The notes: generated by a model from the sequence alone, not told the origin. 64,000 bases of DNA from an uncultured Verrucomicrobiota bacterium (GCA_964617825.1 CAZTWL010000024.1:1881-65880), one strand, 5' to 3'; shown: positions 45,642 through 56,080, counted from the stretch's first letter. Numbers and translations: made by a program.

Positions 45642-48524
45642 ATGATTCAATTCAAAAACGCCTCGCTGCAAATAACATGCGACAACAACGCGCGCATCCG
45701 CTTTGTCGGCGCACCGAAGGGCAAAAGTCTGCTGCGCGAGGCCGGCGTATTTGCGCGCCTGGAGTTCTTTACGCCCTCGCCCGCATTTGCCAACGAGCTT
45801 GTGGCCGTGCCCCCGCATTCCGACCCGGTTTATGTTCCGGCAGCTAACGCCGCTGCAACGGACACACAACTTGTCATCGGTTTCGAAGACGGCGCCAAGG
45901 CCGTCTTCGACGTGGCGGCCAAGACCGATTGCCTGCTGTTCAAAATGACCGCATTCGCCGCCGGCAGCAACGGTATGCCGACCGCATTGCGTTTTGCGCA
46001 GTTGCCCCTGCATACCAACGGCACGAAAGTCTGCATCGGCATGGCGCTTAACATGGAAACCGACGCCGCAGGCCTTCCCGGCATAGGGGAATTTCTCTGG
46101 GCAAAGGCCTATTCCCACATAGGCCTGATCGGCGCGAGCTACGCCATCGCCATGACCGACCGCAGCGCATTGCGCAAAACCTTGCAGAAGATGACCAAAG
46201 CCTACACCCAGAACGTTCCTTATCTATCCTGCGCCGGCGCGTTTGCGCAGGATGCCCCCAGCGTGCGCAATTCCTACGTGTTCTCCCTGGGCAATTACCG
46301 GCCCGGCGGACTGAGCACGCGCAATCTTGACGAGTGGATCGCCATGATCCAGGCCCTGGGCATGAAGCAGGTGGACTTCCATGGCGCGGAAGGCGGCAAC
46401 TTCCTGTTCGGCTCGTTCGAGCCCAATACCGAGATGTTCCCCGAGGGCAAGAAATCCGTCAAATACGTCATTGACCGCCTCCATGCCGTCGGCGTGCAAT
46501 CGGGACTCCACACCTATTCCTCGCTGATCGATCCCCGCTCCAGCCTCGTTACCCCGATTCCCCACAAGGGCCTTGGCGTCAACCGCACGTTCAAGCTGGC
46601 ACAGGATTTGGACATGACCGGCGACCGCATCTGTATCGAAGAGGGCACCAAGGATATCAGCCTGACGCACAATTCCGGAATCAACAACAGCACCTACGTT
46701 TGGATTGACGACGAGATCATCCAATTCCAGGCCCTCGGTGAGCACAGCCTGGAAAACTGCAAGCGTAGCATGTTCGGCACGCGCCAAAGCGCGCACCGGA
46801 AGGGCGCTCCCGTCCGCAACCTGAAGCGGATGTACAACCTGTTCGCGCCGGATGCCGGCGGAGAGTTGTTTATGCAGGTCGCGCAGAACACCGCCGATTT
46901 CTACGACGAGTGCGGCTTCGACATGATATACTTCGACGCCCTGGAAGGCGTCAGGGTGCTGGAAGGCACCGATTTCCAGTGGTATTATAACGTAAAATTC
47001 GTCTGGGAGGTTGCCCGCCGCGTCAAGAGCAACGTGCCGATCATGGAAATGAGCTCGATGAACCACAACCTGTGGTTCACGCGCGCTCGCGATGGCGCGT
47101 GGGACAGACCCGCGGCCGCGCATAAGGCCGTGCTCGAGCGTCACAGCGAACTCAACCAGATTTGCCAAAGCCGCAGTACCTTGCCGCAACACATCGGCTG
47201 GTGGTACCTGGGCTCCCCAGACCGCAAACCCTCCACCCACGTCTCCCGCATGCACGCCGACGTGTACGACTACATGGGGCGGCTGAGCATCGCCTATGAA
47301 TATTCCCAATCTTTTCATGACATCACGCTGGACAAATATAAAAAGAGCCCGGAACTCCAGCGCTTTGCCACCGTCATCAAAAAATACGAGGACTTGCGGT
47401 TGAACGATGTCCTGACGCCCAAGCAGCGCGCGGCCATCACCAAGACCGAGTGCCGGCTGCTGTCCGACGGGTTCCATGCGGTGAGCTATGTGCCGGATTC
47501 CGTAACGTTAAAAGGCGGCGAAGCGGCCGTCTGTGTCCGTAATCCCTTTGAAGCCGGACGTCCTGATCTTGTGCGCATCGAACCGCTGATGTCCAAAAAG
47601 CCGGGCGGCGGCGTCATTACGCTGCTCGATCCCGAACGCGACTTTGCCGCGCTGCGCGTGATCAGTTCCAACAATGTCAAGGCTTCGATTGCCCCCGTCA
47701 AATCGCCCAATGGCGGCGCGGTGCGCCTGCGGGCGCGGCAGGACGGCAAGATCGGCTGCTCGCGGTTCATGTATGAGTATCCGTCACTCCTCAACGCAAA
47801 CGGGAAATACGGCCTGGGCATCTGGGTGCGCGGCGACGGCAAGGGCGAAATCCTCGACATCCAGGTCAAGAGCCCGCGGATTGTCTCTAGCAGTCCCTGT
47901 GACCGGATCATCAAGGTGGACTTTACCGGATGGCGGTATATCGAACTGTTCGAGCACAGCTCGGACACCGTCATGCAGTATCTCTGGCCGTTCTATCACC
48001 GCAACCTGGATACGAAAAACGTGTTCCGGCCCAAGGTCGAAGAGCACAAAGGCATTGGCTGGACGGATTCCATGTACGATACGGATCGGGCCAGCGGAAA
48101 TCCCTGGAATGTTGCCGGCAGCGGGATGGATTTTGCCCGGATCCACAGCATCAGCGTCTGGATCAACGGCATGGTTTCCGGCAAACAGTACGAAGTCGCC
48201 ATCGGCGCCATCACGGCATTCGATGTGGAGCAGCTGACTTTCGACAAGATCGCGCTCGGCGACCTTCAAATCAACGGGGCGTTGCCGCCCGACAGCTACC
48301 TGGAATATGACGGCAAGGAATGGTACGCTTACGACATTGCCGGCCAGGCACTGGACGTTGCCGTCAGCGGGGCTCCCGGCAAAATGGCCAAGGGCAAAAA
48401 CAGCTGCATGCTGCGCGCCGGCGCGCCGGATGACGCGCGCATGCGCGTCACCTACGGGTTCATTGCCCAAAAACCTCTGGTAAAAATCGCAAACAGGCAA
48501 AGCAAGCCTAAAACCAGGAAATAA
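45642..48524 (+). CDS. hypothetical protein, 960 aa, no signal peptide (possible glycosidase-like TIM barrel plus C-terminal beta-sandwich domains)
   Basis: Long ORF with SD GAAAGGA and protein-like composition. I recognise no family. The segment LDEWIAMIQALGMKQVDFHGAEGG..FPEGKKSVKYVIDRLHAVGVQSGLHTY..MIYFDALEG suggests a (beta/alpha)8 core. Confidence 0.8.
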   Translation: MIQFKNASLQITCDNNARIRFVGAPKGKSLLREAGVFARLEFFTPSPAFANELVAVPPHSDPVYVPAANAAATDTQLVIGFEDGAKAVFDVAAKTDCLLFKMTAFAAGSNGMPTALRFAQLPLHTNGTKVCIGMALNMETDAAGLPGIGEFLWAKAYSHIGLIGASYAIAMTDRSALRKTLQKMTKAYTQNVPYLSCAGAFAQDAPSVRNSYVFSLGNYRPGGLSTRNLDEWIAMIQALGMKQVDFHGAEGGNFLFGSFEPNTEMFPEGKKSVKYVIDRLHAVGVQSGLHTYSSLIDPRSSLVTPIPHKGLGVNRTFKLAQDLDMTGDRICIEEGTKDISLTHNSGINNSTYVWIDDEIIQFQALGEHSLENCKRSMFGTRQSAHRKGAPVRNLKRMYNLFAPDAGGELFMQVAQNTADFYDECGFDMIYFDALEGVRVLEGTDFQWYYNVKFVWEVARRVKSNVPIMEMSSMNHNLWFTRARDGAWDRPAAAHKAVLERHSELNQICQSRSTLPQHIGWWYLGSPDRKPSTHVSRMHADVYDYMGRLSIAYEYSQSFHDITLDKYKKSPELQRFATVIKKYEDLRLNDVLTPKQRAAITKTECRLLSDGFHAVSYVPDSVTLKGGEAAVCVRNPFEAGRPDLVRIEPLMSKKPGGGVITLLDPERDFAALRVISSNNVKASIAPVKSPNGGAVRLRARQDGKIGCSRFMYEYPSLLNANGKYGLGIWVRGDGKGEILDIQVKSPRIVSSSPCDRIIKVDFTGWRYIELFEHSSDTVMQYLWPFYHRNLDTKNVFRPKVEEHKGIGWTDSMYDTDRASGNPWNVAGSGMDFARIHSISVWINGMVSGKQYEVAIGAITAFDVEQLTFDKIALGDLQINGALPPDSYLEYDGKEWYAYDIAGQALDVAVSGAPGKMAKGKNSCMLRAGAPDDARMRVTYGFIAQKPLVKIANRQSKPKTRK

Positions 48525-48585
48525 GTTTTGAACGGCAGGCGTGTCGATGCCAAGCCGGCTGCTTTTTGCCACATTTTGCCGGCGT

Positions 48586-49533
48586 TCAAGCGTGCCGCAA
48601 GGTCTTGGCATAGAAGGGATAGGCGGTTGCCGGACCATCGGGATCGATATATTTCCAGCGTTTGTACATCCAAAGCCATTGTTCCGGATGCGCGCGGATT
48701 TCCTGTTCGAACAGCGCGGCAATGGTCTGGGTAACGGCACGGATGACATTGGGATCGGCCCGCTCCCGATCGGCGCGGCTCAAGGGCGGCAAGCTGTAAA
48801 CCGTATAGCAGCCTTTGGCATTGGCCCGGCAGAATACGGGAAGCACCGGCGCGCCCGTACGTTCGGACAACACAGCGGCCGCCGTGGACATCGGGATGGA
48901 AAGCCCGAAAAAGTCAACGAAAAGGCCGCCTTCCTCCGGCTTGGTATTCTGGTCGAGCAAAAGCGCCACATGCCTTTTATTGCGCAAGGCACGTAGAAGC
49001 CCCCTAATGGCCCCCTGCCGGGTGACGATTTCCACGCCGGGGATGGAGCGCCCGGCGCCGATGATGGCATCCACCGACGGATTGGCCAGCGGGGTCGCCA
49101 CGGCCACATGCGCGAACCCATAAACACTGAGCGCCTTGGAGAGAAGCTCCCAGTTGCCAAAATGGGCCGTTACGCCGATCATGGGTTGGGTATAAATGTG
49201 TTTCCACAGGGCGGGATCAAGTGTGACATAGCGGCGGACCCGTTGCTCCATATGCCGCGAAAACCAGAAGAGGTCGAGCATAACCAGGGCCATGGCATAA
49301 AAAGCCCCATGCGCGATACGCCGCTTGGCTTGCGGTGAAAGACTGTCGCCGAAGGCCACATCGAGATTCGAGAGCGTGATCCGCCTTTGCTGGGGTGCGG
49401 TCCAATAGACTATGGCTCCGGCGGCGTGCGCGCAGGCCAACACCGCCCAGCGTGGCAAACTTGGCAAGACCGCCAAGCCAAGACGTGTCAGCAAGGTTTC
49501 AATCGCAAACAGAACTTTTTTTGACGAATGCAT
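48586..49533 (-). CDS. lysophospholipid/lipid A biosynthesis acyltransferase (LpxL/HtrB family)
   Basis: GVTAHFGNWELL (the H-x4-E/D acyltransferase motif) and the family layout. The ORF is open to 49551, but that start would overlap the tRNA, so ATG 49533 was chosen. The start is uncertain. Confidence 0.8.
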   Translation of the reverse strand: MHSSKKVLFAIETLLTRLGLAVLPSLPRWAVLACAHAAGAIVYWTAPQQRRITLSNLDVAFGDSLSPQAKRRIAHGAFYAMALVMLDLFWFSRHMEQRVRRYVTLDPALWKHIYTQPMIGVTAHFGNWELLSKALSVYGFAHVAVATPLANPSVDAIIGAGRSIPGVEIVTRQGAIRGLLRALRNKRHVALLLDQNTKPEEGGLFVDFFGLSIPMSTAAAVLSERTGAPVLPVFCRANAKGCYTVYSLPPLSRADRERADPNVIRAVTQTIAALFEQEIRAHPEQWLWMYKRWKYIDPDGPATAYPFYAKTLRHA

Positions 49534-49550
49534 GCCGGGCGACAATCGCA

Positions 49551-49626
49551 TGGTGAGCCGGGCGGGATTCGAACCCGCGACCCCAGCATTAAAAGTGCCG
49601 TGCTCTACCTACTGAGCTACCGGCCC
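49551..49626 (-). tRNA. tRNA-Lys (anticodon UUU), CCA encoded
   Basis: The reverse complement reads GGGCCGG-TA-GCTCAGTAGGTAGAGC-A-CGGCA-CTTTTAA-TGCTG-GGGTC-GCGGGTTCGAATCCCGC-CCGGCTC-A-CCA. It has a 7-bp acceptor stem (one G-U), a D arm, a 5-bp anticodon stem with loop CUUUUAA, and a T arm GGTTCGAATCC. Confidence 0.9.
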
Positions 49627-49752
49627 CCATGAACTTAACGACCGGTGAACCTATGCTAATACGCCGACTTTGTCAAAGAAATTCAGCGAAAAGTTCATCG
49701 CCAATATGTGGAACCCGCTCTGGCAATGTAAAAAAAATAGCGCAAAAAGTGC

Positions 49753-49781
49753 TTGCATCGCAGGCCGGGCAAGCGCATAGT
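49753..49781 (+). promoter_or_regulatory. putative sigma70-type promoter upstream of EF-G (TTGCAT-17 nt-CATAGT) preceded by an A8 tract
   Basis: Hexamers at 49753-49758 and 49776-49781 with a 17-nt spacer, and an A-rich UP-like tract at about 49728-49735. Confidence 0.25.
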
Positions 49782-49891
49782 GCGCCCCGCTTTCTCGGAC
49801 AAGACAAGGGAGACCGCAGACGAAGGCAAGCTGGCTTAAATAAAAGTGTTTTCCGTTGAACCCTGGCGGAATCAAGGCAAGGAGTATTCCC

Positions 49892-51988
49892 GTGGCGCGT
49901 CGCATTCCATTAGAGCGTGTTCGCAACGTCGGCATCATGGCGCATATCGACGCCGGCAAGACAACGGTAAGTGAACGCCTGTTGTATTATTCCGGCAAAA
50001 CCCACAAGGTGGGTGAAGTCCACGATGGCGCGGCCACCATGGACTGGATGGTTCAGGAACGCGAGCGCGGCATCACGATCACCTCAGCCGCCACGACTCT
50101 GCCCTGGAAAGACTACGAAATTACCCTGATCGACACCCCCGGGCACGTGGATTTTACCGCCGAAGTCGAACGCAGTCTGCGCGTGCTGGATGGCGCCGTG
50201 GCGCTTTTTTGCGCCGTAGGCGGCGTCCAACCCCAGTCGGAAAAAGTCTGGAAACAGAGCGAGAAATACGGCGTCCCAAAAATCGCTTTCATCAATAAAA
50301 TGGACCGCACCGGCGCCGACTTTTTCGGCGTCGTCAAAAAAATCCAGGATGTCCTGGGCGGCAACGCCGTGCCGGTAGTAGTGCCCATCGGCAAGGAAGA
50401 TCAATTTAAAGGGGTCATCGACCTGCTGACGATGAAGGCCTTGACCTATCCCGGTGACGATCAAGGCCAGAGTTGCGTAGAAACCGAGATTCCGGCGGAG
50501 TTTCGCGCCAAGGCCAAAAAATGGCGCGCCAACTTAGTGGAAAAATGCGCGGAACAAGACGACGCCCTCCTGGAAAAATTCTTAAACACCGGGGACCTGA
50601 CCGAAAAAGAGATGCTCGGCATTATCCGCAAAGCCACGATCGCCCACAAGGTGATTCCGGTTTATTGTGGCTCGGCCTTTAAGAACAAGGGAATCCAGCC
50701 GCTTCTGGACGGCATTGTGTCTTTCCTGCCCTCCCCGGCCGACCTGCCTCCGGTGGTCAGCGCCGGCACGGCGGAAGACGAAGAACTCATCCAGCGCGCG
50801 CCATCCGACGATGAACCCATGTCGGCCATCGCCTTCAAGGTCATGTCCGACAAGCACATGGGCAAACTGACGTATTTGCGGGTTTATTCCGGAAAAATCA
50901 AGACCGGGGATCCGATCTATAACAGCACCCAACAGGCCGAGGCGCGCATCGGCCGCCTGATGCGCATGCATGCCAACCGCCAGGAGGGCATCGAGGAAGC
51001 CTCTACCGGCGACATCGTGGCCGTGGTGGGCCTGGCTAAAACCCATACGGGCGACACGCTCTGCAGTCCGGAACATCCTATTCTTCTGGAAGCCATCGAA
51101 TTCCCGACCCCGGTCATGTCCATCAGCGTCAAGCCGGAAAGCAGAATGGATGGCGAAAAGGCCCTGGTCTCGCTGCATCGGCTGGCGGAGGAAGACCCCA
51201 CCTTTTTCGTCAAAATGGACCCGGAAACCAAGGAAACCATTATTTCGGGAATGGGCGAATTGCATCTGGAAATCCTGGTGGACCGGCTCCTGCGCGAATT
51301 CGACGTCAAAGTCGCCGTGGGGCGGCCGGAAGTCGCCTTCCGCGAAACCGCGACCGTGACGATCGAAGGTCAGTACAAGCACATCAAGCAATCCGGCGGG
51401 CGCGGTCAATATGCGCACGTCTGGTTGAGAGTTGAACCGCTGGAGACCGGTGCGGGCTTCGAGTTTGTCAACGAAGTCAAGGGCGGGCGTATTCCGGCGG
51501 AATATATCCCCTCGGTGGAAAAAGGCGTCATCCGAGCCATGGAAAAAGGTCCCTTTGCCGCTTACCCGGTGGTGGATGTGCGCGTCACGGTTTTCGACGG
51601 TTCATACCATGAAGTGGATTCGAGCGACATGGCCTTCCAGGAAGCGGGCCGCGCCTGTTTCCGCGAGTTGTTTCTCAAGGCGCATCCGGAAATCACCGAA
51701 CCGGTCATGTCGCTGGAAGTGACGACTCCCGAAGATTTTGTGGGTGGCGTTACCGGCACAATCTGCCAGCGGCGCGGCCGGATCGAATCCATGGAGCCCC
51801 AGGGCAATTATCGGATCGTCCGCGCCATGGCGCCCCTGAGCGAGATGTTCGGCTATTCCAATGTGATCCGCACCATCAGCCAGGGCCGCGCCGCCTATGT
51901 CATGCACTTCGAACGTTACGAGGCTGTCCCCTATTCGATCGCTGAGGAACTCGTGAAGAAGCGCCGCGAAGAAGGCAAAGTGCACTGA
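49892..51988 (+). CDS. fusA: elongation factor G
   Basis: GTG 49892 lies 7 nt after [20 protein letters not shown] (G1), DTPGHVDF (G3), NKMD (G4). Full five-domain EF-G length. Confidence 0.9.
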   Translation: MARRIPLERVRNVGIMAHIDAGKTTVSERLLYYSGKTHKVGEVHDGAATMDWMVQERERGITITSAATTLPWKDYEITLIDTPGHVDFTAEVERSLRVLDGAVALFCAVGGVQPQSEKVWKQSEKYGVPKIAFINKMDRTGADFFGVVKKIQDVLGGNAVPVVVPIGKEDQFKGVIDLLTMKALTYPGDDQGQSCVETEIPAEFRAKAKKWRANLVEKCAEQDDALLEKFLNTGDLTEKEMLGIIRKATIAHKVIPVYCGSAFKNKGIQPLLDGIVSFLPSPADLPPVVSAGTAEDEELIQRAPSDDEPMSAIAFKVMSDKHMGKLTYLRVYSGKIKTGDPIYNSTQQAEARIGRLMRMHANRQEGIEEASTGDIVAVVGLAKTHTGDTLCSPEHPILLEAIEFPTPVMSISVKPESRMDGEKALVSLHRLAEEDPTFFVKMDPETKETIISGMGELHLEILVDRLLREFDVKVAVGRPEVAFRETATVTIEGQYKHIKQSGGRGQYAHVWLRVEPLETGAGFEFVNEVKGGRIPAEYIPSVEKGVIRAMEKGPFAAYPVVDVRVTVFDGSYHEVDSSDMAFQEAGRACFRELFLKAHPEITEPVMSLEVTTPEDFVGGVTGTICQRRGRIESMEPQGNYRIVRAMAPLSEMFGYSNVIRTISQGRAAYVMHFERYEAVPYSIAEELVKKRREEGKVH

Positions 51989-52111
51989 GATCGGATTGCC
52001 GATTTTCTAATCGCAGACAGCCGGCTTCGGATCGGAGAGGCGTGTGGCGGCATCAGGTTTGGTCCGTCCATGGCGCGCTGCCGGCCGTGTGCGCAACGGG
52101 CGGCACGGTGC

Positions 52112-53263
52112 TTACTGAATTTTAAAGTCCGGCAGGGACCGGGCCAATATTCCGGCCTTGGCCAGGCACTCGGCATATTCCTGTTCCGGCGAAGATCCAT
52201 GGGTTATGCCGCCGCCAACATGATAGCGCGCAACCCCCGTTTGCACATCAATCGTCACGGTGCGAATGGCTACATTGAATTCCACCCGCCCGTCGGGCGC
52301 CCACCAGCCAAGCGTGCCGCAGTAAATACCGCGCGGATGGGGTTCGAGAGCGCGAATAATTTCCGTGGCATGGATTTTGGGCGCACCGGTCACGGAACCT
52401 GACGGGAACAGGACCGAAAAAATGTCCGGAACGGACGACCGGGATTGCGCCACAACCGTGGATGTCATCTGCCAAACGGTCGGATAGCGTTCCAGCTCGC
52501 ACAGGCGGGCAACCTTGACCGAACCCACCCGGCTGATCCGGCTCAGATCGTTCCGGAGCACATCCACAATCATGACATTTTCAGCCCGTTCCTTGGCGCT
52601 AGCGGCGAGCGACCGCGCAACCCGGGAATCGTCTGCCGGACAGCGCCCGCGGCAGGCGGTGCCCTTCATAGGACGCGTGATCAAGTTTTCCTTGTCCTTT
52701 TTAAAAAACAATTCCGGCGAGGCGGAAAGCAAATGGAAGCGGCCGGCCTGAATATAGGCGCAATGATCCGCATCCTGGGCGGCGCACAACCGCTGGAACC
52801 AACTCATGGAATCGCCCTGAAAACCGGCCTGCAAGGGAAAGGTGTAATTGATTTGATAAGCATCGCCGGCTACGATCAGGTCGCGAATTCGGCGAACCTG
52901 CCGATAATAAGTTGCGGCACTCACCAGGGCGTTCCATGGGCCAACCCGGAAAGGAACCGTGCCGGTCTCCGCCGGTCTAGCCGCTGCCGGCGGCGGCAGA
53001 GAGCGTACCGGGGCGCGATACAGCCCGAACCAAGCCAACGGAAGATCGCCTGGCGGGTGCGCGCAGAGCGCCGCATCGAACGCCGGCGCCGCTTCATAAG
53101 CCATGAATCCGGCCGCATAAAAACCGCGGGCCACTTCCGCGGCCACGCGCTGGAGGCACGGTTTAACCTCGGCCAGCCTGGCGGCCGTGAGGGTCAGCGC
53201 CGGGTTCGAAAAGGCAAGCGTACCGGCCCGCGAAACAAAGACGCTATCGCCCAGCGCGGCCAT
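52112..53263 (-). CDS. aminodeoxychorismate/anthranilate synthase component I family (PabB-like)
   Basis: Chorismate-binding motifs GDAYQINYTFPL, SASPELFFKK..ITRPMKGT, GIYCGTLGWW and GGGITHGSSPEQEYAE. ATG 53263 lies 2 nt after the upstream stop; the longer ORF to 53365 would overlap that gene. Confidence 0.8.
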   Translation of the reverse strand: MAALGDSVFVSRAGTLAFSNPALTLTAARLAEVKPCLQRVAAEVARGFYAAGFMAYEAAPAFDAALCAHPPGDLPLAWFGLYRAPVRSLPPPAAARPAETGTVPFRVGPWNALVSAATYYRQVRRIRDLIVAGDAYQINYTFPLQAGFQGDSMSWFQRLCAAQDADHCAYIQAGRFHLLSASPELFFKKDKENLITRPMKGTACRGRCPADDSRVARSLAASAKERAENVMIVDVLRNDLSRISRVGSVKVARLCELERYPTVWQMTSTVVAQSRSSVPDIFSVLFPSGSVTGAPKIHATEIIRALEPHPRGIYCGTLGWWAPDGRVEFNVAIRTVTIDVQTGVARYHVGGGITHGSSPEQEYAECLAKAGILARSLPDFKIQ

Positions 53264-53265
53264 GG

Positions 53266-53919
53266 TTAACCGCCATCCATGGTCTTCTTTTCGGACGGGA
53301 CCGGAAGAATCATTTTGTAACGAACCAGTATGAAAGGGACCAACAGGTACAAAATCGGCCCCCACCGCAAATGAAACCCCGTCACGACCATGGCAATCAG
53401 CGACACTAACGGCACAATCAGGCTGCGGCGTGCGTAATACGCGATAATGCGGCTATCAAGATGGGGCTCTACAAGCCGGTGGCCCGCTGTGGCATACAGC
53501 CAATGCACGTAAAACACCAAGCCGGCGACCAGCAGATTGATCTCCAGCATCCAGACCGCCAATCGCGTATGGCTGTAATCGCCGGCCACAGACGTGGTAA
53601 AAGGGATGAGCACGATAAACATGAGCCCGACAATATTGATAAACAGCAGCGTGGAATCCGTCCGCTGGATGAAGTGAAACTGATAATGATGTTCCACCCA
53701 ATAGACGCCCAGAATGATGAAGCCCTCAATATAATGGAGAAAATCCGGCAAGAGATTCAGGAGCGCTTTGATGAGACCGTCTTCGGAAAGTTCCTTTTGC
53801 GGGGTGAGCAGAATATCAAAACCGATGATCAGGATGGTCATGGCAACCGCAAAGATCCCATCGCTGAGCGCTTCAATGCGGCTGGTCTTCAGGTTAAGAT
53901 TCGAATTCTCGTGAGCCAT
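53266..53919 (-). CDS. TMEM175-family (DUF1211) potassium channel-like membrane protein
   Basis: ATG 53919 with a GGAGG SD. Signature RIEALSDGIFAVAMTILI at the start of TM1. About six TM segments and YWVEHHYQF. Confidence 0.75.
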   Translation of the reverse strand: MAHENSNLNLKTSRIEALSDGIFAVAMTILIIGFDILLTPQKELSEDGLIKALLNLLPDFLHYIEGFIILGVYWVEHHYQFHFIQRTDSTLLFINIVGLMFIVLIPFTTSVAGDYSHTRLAVWMLEINLLVAGLVFYVHWLYATAGHRLVEPHLDSRIIAYYARRSLIVPLVSLIAMVVTGFHLRWGPILYLLVPFILVRYKMILPVPSEKKTMDGG

Positions 53920-54052
53920 CGACGTCGCCTCCGATCCCGCCAATAAAATATTCGAGGTGAATTTGGCAAAAAACACCCGGCCGGTCAACCATTTTACCGT
54001 TTGTGCCGTTTGCAGTTGACAGCGGTGCGAGTGTTATGCTACTTGGAAGCCC

Positions 54053-54466
54053 ATGCAATGCAAATCCATAGGTTTGTGGCTGGGCTGCGCGGCGGCGCTG
54101 GTGCCGTTAACCTTCCTGTTAATCGGTTGCGAAGTGGATTCCGCCAATCGCGGGATCGAAATCAGCCCCAGTGCGGCAACGGTAAAATATGGCGAATCCG
54201 TGACGCTTAACGCGCTCTACGGCTATGTTTATACCTGGTCTTTGTCGGACAGCACCCTGGGGACGCTTAATACCTACAAAGGCCAGCAAGTGGTTTACAC
54301 CAGCCTGACCGATCCGACCGCCACAGCCGTCCAGACCATTACGGTAAGCTCCACATTTTCCGACAACGACTCGTCCGGCACCGGTTCGAACGCCCCCGTC
54401 GTTCATACGGCTGAGGCCTACATTACGCACATTAACTCCTCAAACAATCCCTGGACATCGGAATAA
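54053..54466 (+). CDS. small lipoprotein with Ig-like (BIG2-type) domain
   Basis: 137 aa. Signal with lipobox LLIGC. The block ISPSAATVKYGESVTLNA..YTWSLSDSTLGTL resembles bacterial Ig-like group 2 repeats. Confidence 0.6.
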   Translation: MQCKSIGLWLGCAAALVPLTFLLIGCEVDSANRGIEISPSAATVKYGESVTLNALYGYVYTWSLSDSTLGTLNTYKGQQVVYTSLTDPTATAVQTITVSSTFSDNDSSGTGSNAPVVHTAEAYITHINSSNNPWTSE

Positions 54467-54530
54467 GTTTAGGGATCAGCCACGGGTAATCAGCGACCTT
54501 TGGATGTTTACCCTGGATGGCAGGTAACTC

Positions 54531-55937
54531 ATGGCCTTCTATCGGTTGTGTATTGGCTTGGCTACCATCGCCGCATGCGCGACGGGATGGGCCGGCCCGG
54601 CAAGCACTCCATCTCCATTGCCCGTCCTGGCGCTTTCCACCAACGATCGCATCTTGGTCATGGCCCCGCATCCGGACGACGAATCCTTGGGCTGCGGCGG
54701 AATCATCCAGAGCGCCGTGGAACGTCACATCCCTGTGCGCGTAGTGTTCTTCACCTATGGCGACAACAACCAATGGTCTTTTGTTTTGTATCGCAAATAT
54801 CCCGTGCTTGAGCCCAAGGCGGTCCAGAGCATGGGCTTGATGCGCCGCGGCGAGGCCATCCACGCCGCGCAGCTGCTGGGCCTGGAAACCAACCAGTTGA
54901 CGTTTCTGGGATACCCCGATTTCGGCACGCTGCATATCTGGAACAACTGCTGGGGAAAGCATCCGCCCTTCAAAAGCATGCTGACCAGGACCACGGCAGT
55001 TCCCTACCCCAACGCGCTGCGCCCGGGAGCGCGGTATACCGGCGAGGATATCCTGCAGGACCTGACGACGATTCTGCGGGATTTCAAACCGACCAAAATA
55101 TTTATTTCGCATCCGGCCGATCACAATCCCGATCACCGCGCGCTCTATCTGTTCATGCGCGTGGCATTATGGAACCTGGAATCCGAACTGCGACCCGACA
55201 TGTTATCCTACCTGACACACTTTCACCGCTGGCCCGCACCGCAAGGACTGCATGTCACCCAACGCCTGGACCCGCCGGACTCCTTGCGCCCGATGGGCGC
55301 CTGGTATTCTTTCCCGCTCGGTAGCAATCAAGTCAGCATCAAACTGGCCGCACTCAAGGCCCATGCATCCCAATTCCGCTATTCCGGCAAATATCTTTCG
55401 TCTTTCGTACGGCAGAACGAATTGTTCGGCGATCTGCCCGCCATCGACCTGTCGGCATCGCACGAGCTGAAGCCCACCGCCCCCATTCCGATGGAAACGA
55501 CGTCCGATTTGCCCAATGAACTAACCGCGGAGGAACGCGACGCCTACACCGGCGTTCAATGGAATTTTGCCCGCCGCGAAGGCGATGCCGTTGTCTTGTC
55601 CATCAATGTCTCACGCCCCCTCTCGCAAACGGTGGAGGCCGAGGTGACCATCTTCGGTTATCGACCCGATGTGCCCTTTCATGCAATGCCGAAGCTGCGC
55701 ATTGGCCTGGGCGAATTACGGCACAGGATCATGGACGGCCCGCAACAACTGGACAACAGCGCGGCAACGGTAACCTACCGGAACAAATCCATCAACCTGA
55801 GCGTGCCTCTTGCCGCCCTGGGCAATCCGGACCGCATCCTTATTTCGGCCCGAACATCCCGAGCGGAAGTTCCTTTAGACTGGGTTGCCTGGCGAATATT
55901 AGTCATGTCTCCGGGTCAAACCGGGCGGCAACCCTGA
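54531..55937 (+). CDS. PIG-L/LmbE-family deacetylase, predicted lipoprotein, with ~230-aa C-terminal extension
   Basis: Lipobox TIAAC. ILVMAPHPDDESLGCGGII is the PIG-L zinc-deacetylase motif, and HPADHNPDHRA follows downstream. Confidence 0.8.
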   Translation: MAFYRLCIGLATIAACATGWAGPASTPSPLPVLALSTNDRILVMAPHPDDESLGCGGIIQSAVERHIPVRVVFFTYGDNNQWSFVLYRKYPVLEPKAVQSMGLMRRGEAIHAAQLLGLETNQLTFLGYPDFGTLHIWNNCWGKHPPFKSMLTRTTAVPYPNALRPGARYTGEDILQDLTTILRDFKPTKIFISHPADHNPDHRALYLFMRVALWNLESELRPDMLSYLTHFHRWPAPQGLHVTQRLDPPDSLRPMGAWYSFPLGSNQVSIKLAALKAHASQFRYSGKYLSSFVRQNELFGDLPAIDLSASHELKPTAPIPMETTSDLPNELTAEERDAYTGVQWNFARREGDAVVLSINVSRPLSQTVEAEVTIFGYRPDVPFHAMPKLRIGLGELRHRIMDGPQQLDNSAATVTYRNKSINLSVPLAALGNPDRILISARTSRAEVPLDWVAWRILVMSPGQTGRQP

Positions 55938-56080
55938 TCCATGGCAACTATTCGTATATCTGAATTCAGGATAAGCAGAGCCGGGACGGCCTCGGCGCTG
56001 GCGCGCCGGATACCGAGTTGTGTTTTCCGACCGCCGATCGACAACACTGGATGGCAACGCCTTCCCCGCGGAACGAACAA

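Noticed and set aside
49551-49900. tRNA-Lys as an integration site of a genomic island
   Set aside because: There is no integrase, no phage or IS gene, and no direct repeat of the tRNA 3' end nearby. The flanking genes are housekeeping.
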